43,346 nucleotides of DNA from Candidatus Eiseniibacteriota bacterium (GTDB lineage Bacteria > Eisenbacteria > RBG-16-71-46 > JABDJR01 > JAWXBZ01), in the NCBI GenBank assembly GCA_034440375.1, contig JAWXBZ010000218.1, positions 1 to 43,346 on the forward strand. The letters are read 5' to 3'. The notes under the pieces were generated by a model, which saw nothing but the letters and a program-made list of their open reading frames with translations, made no database searches and was not told the DNA's origin. Position 1 is the stretch's first letter. Every line of letters begins with the position of its first letter. Shown piece by piece: positions 39,946 through 43,346 of this stretch. Position numbers and translations under genes: made by a program.

Positions 39946-41301
39946 TCAGCCGCCGTTTCCCCACAGTTTCCGCCACCAGGAGTCACTTTTCGGCCTGGAT
40001 CCCAGCTTCATCTTCCGGCGGATGTCGGCCAGATCCCAGCCGGTGAGCCCGGCCAGTGTCTCGGCCTCCCTGTCCTGGCGGGCGCGCAGATTTCGGAAGT
40101 AGTCGCGGGCCGCGGAACACTCCCCCGCCTCTCCCTTCCAGGGATGACGGACGATGTAACGCCCCTGGAAATTTTCCCGGTCGCCGGTTTCCTGGAAGAC
40201 CAGGTCCTCGGGAAACGTCTCGGCGGTATAGCGGACATGCAGCCGCGTCAGTTGAACCGGGACGGCGCCGCCGCGCGTGTCGTTGGCCTCATCAAGCCAG
40301 AAGACACCGAGCTCGCGGAGCTCGGCACTCGACAGCGGGTCGGAGGCACAGGGGTCGCACCACCCCATGTTCCAGGCATATTCGGTGAAGACGGCCCGCC
40401 CCCCCTCCTTCGCCAGCGCCCGCTCGAACAGGGCGCGGTAGACATCAGCAAACTCGGTCAGGGCGAACTCGGGAATCTCGACATCCGAGGGGATCTTGAT
40501 CGTCCGGTAGTTGGTGGTCTCGACGCGCCCTTCGCGCGTCATGAGATACACAATCAGGTCCTGGGCTCCCTGCGAATTAGCCATGCCAAGCCGGATCGGC
40601 AGCATGAACCGGGGCGATTCGAAGGCGAACTGGAGCGGACGGAGCCACGACAGGCCCGTGGCGGCCTGTTCCTTGAGATTGACCCTTGCCACGAAGAACT
40701 TGAGCCCCTGCCGGATATAGGGCTGCAATGCCCGTCGGGCGCCCGCCGGCACCCGGTAGCCGCTCTCGATCAGCCAGGTTTCGAGACCCCCCGATTCGGT
40801 GGCCGAGAGGATGACGATGTCGTACTCGCCCACCGTGTACTGGGCTTCGACGGTGACGCCGAGCGCCCGGCTTCGCTCGTCACGCAAGGCTCCAGCCATC
40901 GGGGGAGCAGCCGACTTGGCCATACCCCAACTCTCCGCCTCGTACACGCGACAGGGATCGGGGTCGTGGTACTCGACGAGGCGCGGGGCGCTGAAGGCAT
41001 CGAGATGTTCGAACAGCGCCTTGTCGGCCACGTGGATCTGCCCCTCTTCCAATACGACCGGCACCGGGACGACCAGGGCGAAGTCCTTCATCTCCCCCTC
41101 GAAGTCGTTGAGCATCGACATGACGGTCTTGTTGTCGTGCCGCACCACCGCCACCTGGGAGGACTTGTTGTACAGCTTGACGTCGGCCCGGGCCACGTAG
41201 AAGCCGCAGAACGCCTCGGCGTCAGGAACCTGGAGCAGCAGCCCCGATGACGCAGCGCCGATAACGATCAACAGCAACAGTTTCCGGATGAGATGTGGCA
41301 T
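39946..41301 (-). CDS. DUF2330-family secreted protein
   Basis: Signal ending AEA|FCGFYV, DFALVVPVP, SAPRLVEYHDPDPC, VGEYDIVILSA, LPIRLG, EYAW....CDPC, LTRLH.RY, NFQGRY; GGAGG SD. Confidence 0.82.
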   Translation of the reverse strand: MPHLIRKLLLLIVIGAASSGLLLQVPDAEAFCGFYVARADVKLYNKSSQVAVVRHDNKTVMSMLNDFEGEMKDFALVVPVPVVLEEGQIHVADKALFEHLDAFSAPRLVEYHDPDPCRVYEAESWGMAKSAAPPMAGALRDERSRALGVTVEAQYTVGEYDIVILSATESGGLETWLIESGYRVPAGARRALQPYIRQGLKFFVARVNLKEQAATGLSWLRPLQFAFESPRFMLPIRLGMANSQGAQDLIVYLMTREGRVETTNYRTIKIPSDVEIPEFALTEFADVYRALFERALAKEGGRAVFTEYAWNMGWCDPCASDPLSSAELRELGVFWLDEANDTRGGAVPVQLTRLHVRYTAETFPEDLVFQETGDRENFQGRYIVRHPWKGEAGECSAARDYFRNLRARQDREAETLAGLTGWDLADIRRKMKLGSRPKSDSWWRKLWGNGG

Positions 41302-42097
41302 TCGAACCTCCCGTGGGAATCCACTTATAGCGACCGGCGGGCAACCACCGATCAATCAGCGGAACAAGCGGCGAACAGAGAAACAGGGCCCAGATAAGAC
41401 CGTTGGTGCGGAAGAGGCCGTACTGCCAGACGGCCGCGAGTACCGCCACCAGAAAGGCGTAGAGGATCCGTCCGCGCGGGTGATTCGGAATCGTCATCGG
41501 GTCGGAGATCATGAAAAATGCGAAGAGGAGGAGAGAGCCGTTGGTAAGCTGATGCAGGAAGACCGCCGGTTTCTGGCCGAGGATCATGACGCGAAGGGCC
41601 ACGATACCGAGAAAGAACCCAAGGAACGCCCAGCTGATGTCGCCGCGGCGGGCCTTTGTCGTGACCAGTGTTCCAAGCATGAAGACCCACGCGGCAATGG
41701 CAATGTCCTGCCCCCACTGGCCCGAGGAAGTCCAGCTGCCGGGCAGGAAGAGGAGCGCCAGGACGACGCCCAGGTTGCCCGGATTGAAGACATGCTTCTG
41801 GCCCGTCCGAATCACGAACTTGGCCGCGATGGCGGCGCAGGCGGCCATGGGATGTACCCAGTTGGAATCGGCCCGGAGCAGCAGGGAAAGGCTGAAGGCC
41901 GTGATCAGCGCGCTCAGGTAATTGATCGAACCCTTGAGTTTCAACTGATGAATGAACAAGGCCTGCGTCGCGAGCGCCGAGACAATTGCCAGGGCGATCT
42001 GTTCGGGGCGGATGGCAAAATCGCGGAAAAAGGCGCCAAGGCCCAACAGACAACCGAGTAACGCGATCTGGAACAGGCGGGGATCCTTGAACGACAT
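41222..42097 (-). CDS. Orphan RnfD/NqrB-like membrane protein
   Basis: DPRLFQI, SALIT..SL.LLLR, KHVFNP.N.G, LLFAFFMISDP.T.P; multi-TM; overlaps the DUF2330 start by 80 nt. Confidence 0.78.
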   Translation of the reverse strand: MSFKDPRLFQIALLGCLLGLGAFFRDFAIRPEQIALAIVSALATQALFIHQLKLKGSINYLSALITAFSLSLLLRADSNWVHPMAACAAIAAKFVIRTGQKHVFNPGNLGVVLALLFLPGSWTSSGQWGQDIAIAAWVFMLGTLVTTKARRGDISWAFLGFFLGIVALRVMILGQKPAVFLHQLTNGSLLLFAFFMISDPMTIPNHPRGRILYAFLVAVLAAVWQYGLFRTNGLIWALFLCSPLVPLIDRWLPAGRYKWIPTGGSNATSHPETVAVDRYRRCVIGAAAPGS

Positions 42098-42155
42098 CAG
42101 CCCTCCATGCGGCGGAACGGGGGCTCTTACCCGCCCTGGGACAGGCTATTCCCGG

Positions 42156-43346
42156 TCAATCCGCGCGTGTGACTTCGGCCGCCCCGTAGCGACGGGCCAC
42201 ATAATCTTCCAGCAGGCGGATGAACTCGGGGACGATTGCGGGACCCTTGAGGGTCAGGGCCAGCTTCCCGTCGATGAAGACCGGAGCCTTCGGATCCTCC
42301 CCGGTACCTGGCAGCGAGATGCCGATGTGGGCATGCTTCGATTCGCCCGGGCCGTTGACCACGCACCCCATGACCGCAACCGACAATTCCTCGACCCCCG
42401 GGTACTGGCCGCGCCAGGAAGGCATCCGGTTCAGGAGATAGGTCTGGATCTGATCGGCCATATCCTGGAAGAACGTACTGGTCGTCCGGCCGCATCCCGG
42501 GCAGGCGGTCACCTGGGGGTTGAAGGCGCGCAGTCCCATCGATTGCAAGATCTGCTGGCAGACACGGACCTCTTCGGCCCGGTCACCGCCGGGGAGCGGT
42601 GTCAACGAGGAACGAATGGTGTCCCCGATTCCCTCCTGAAGCAGGACGGCCAGCGCGGCCGTCGTGGCCACGATCCCCCGGGCTGCGAGGCCGGCCTCGG
42701 TAAGCCCCAGGTGAAGCGGGTAATCGCATCGGCCGGCCAGCCGCCGGTAAACGTCGATCAGATCCTGAACGCCGCTGACCTTGGCCGACAGAAGAATGTG
42801 ATCGTGCCCGAGTCCGGTTTCCTCCGCCAGTTCCGCCGAGCGGATGGCGCTCTCGACGATGGTCTCGAGCATGACATCCCGGGCCGGCTTCGGCTCCGGG
42901 AGGCGGGCGTTTTCGTCCATCATCGAAGTCAGGAGCTGCTGGTCCAGGCTTCCCCAGTTGACGCCGATCCGAACCGGCTTGTCGTGATCGATGGCCACGC
43001 GGACCATCGTCTGGAAATTGTCGTCATGCCTCCGGCCCACGCCGACATTGCCCGGGTTGATCCGGTACTTGTCGAGGAGTCGGGCGCACTCCGGGTAGTC
43101 ACGCAACAGGAGATGCCCGTTGTAGTGGAAGTCGCCGATGATGGGAACGCTCACCCCCCGATCGGCCAGGCGGCGGACGATTTCGGGGACGGCCGCGGCG
43201 GCCGCCCGGGTGTTGACGGTGATCCGGACAAGCTCCGAACCGGCCGCGTGGAGGAGAGCCACCTGCGCCGCGGTGGCTGCCACGTCCTCCGTGTCGGTAT
43301 TGGTCATCGACTGGACGACGATCGGGTGCCCCGAGCCGACGGTCAC
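42156..43346 (-). CDS. ispG: (E)-4-hydroxy-3-methylbut-2-enyl-diphosphate synthase (5' end outside the window)
   Basis: [72 protein letters not shown]. Confidence 0.95.
   Translation of the reverse strand: MTVGSGHPIVVQSMTNTDTEDVAATAAQVALLHAAGSELVRITVNTRAAAAAVPEIVRRLADRGVSVPIIGDFHYNGHLLLRDYPECARLLDKYRINPGNVGVGRRHDDNFQTMVRVAIDHDKPVRIGVNWGSLDQQLLTSMMDENARLPEPKPARDVMLETIVESAIRSAELAEETGLGHDHILLSAKVSGVQDLIDVYRRLAGRCDYPLHLGLTEAGLAARGIVATTAALAVLLQEGIGDTIRSSLTPLPGGDRAEEVRVCQQILQSMGLRAFNPQVTACPGCGRTTSTFFQDMADQIQTYLLNRMPSWRGQYPGVEELSVAVMGCVVNGPGESKHAHIGISLPGTGEDPKAPVFIDGKLALTLKGPAIVPEFIRLLEDYVARRYGAAEVTRAD

Overview
A 43.3-kb, GC-rich, densely coded bacterial chromosomal window of about 36 CDSs. I found no rRNA, tRNA, CRISPR array, integrase or transposase. 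From left to right: a partial PTPS (6-pyruvoyl-tetrahydropterin synthase) gene, an AlaX-type tRNA editing enzyme, a thioesterase, a Cys-rich lipoprotein, a HIT protein, the prkA(yeaG)-yeaH-spoVR cluster, then GT2 / deoxyhypusine-synthase-like / frameshifted TMTC-like GT-C-TPR genes. Next is a tightly overlapping minus-strand operon in which the two subunits of an archaeal-type DNA topoisomerase VI (top6B, top6A) sandwich kynureninase-like and kynurenine-formamidase-like genes. This is followed by an isoaspartyl peptidase, a minimal zincin, a livKHMGF-type transporter, yceI, corA and a WecA-like GT4. A six-gene plus-strand cluster encodes HupE/UreJ, a Tat-signal-bearing TldD, a signal-less TldE/PmbA, a secreted beta-helix protein with a C-terminal TWxxIK motif, and a heterodimeric ABC exporter. 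The window ends with a secreted S8 protease with an FlgD/T9SS-like tail, DUF2207, DUF2330, an orphan RnfD/NqrB-like gene and a partial ispG. The two C-terminal tail types suggest an FCB-related candidate phylum such as Eisenbacteria, Krumholzibacteriota or Latescibacterota (inference only). The best leads are the top6B-kynU-kynB-top6A operon and the apparently exported TldD/TldE protease cluster. All family calls come from motif recognition by eye; no database search was run.
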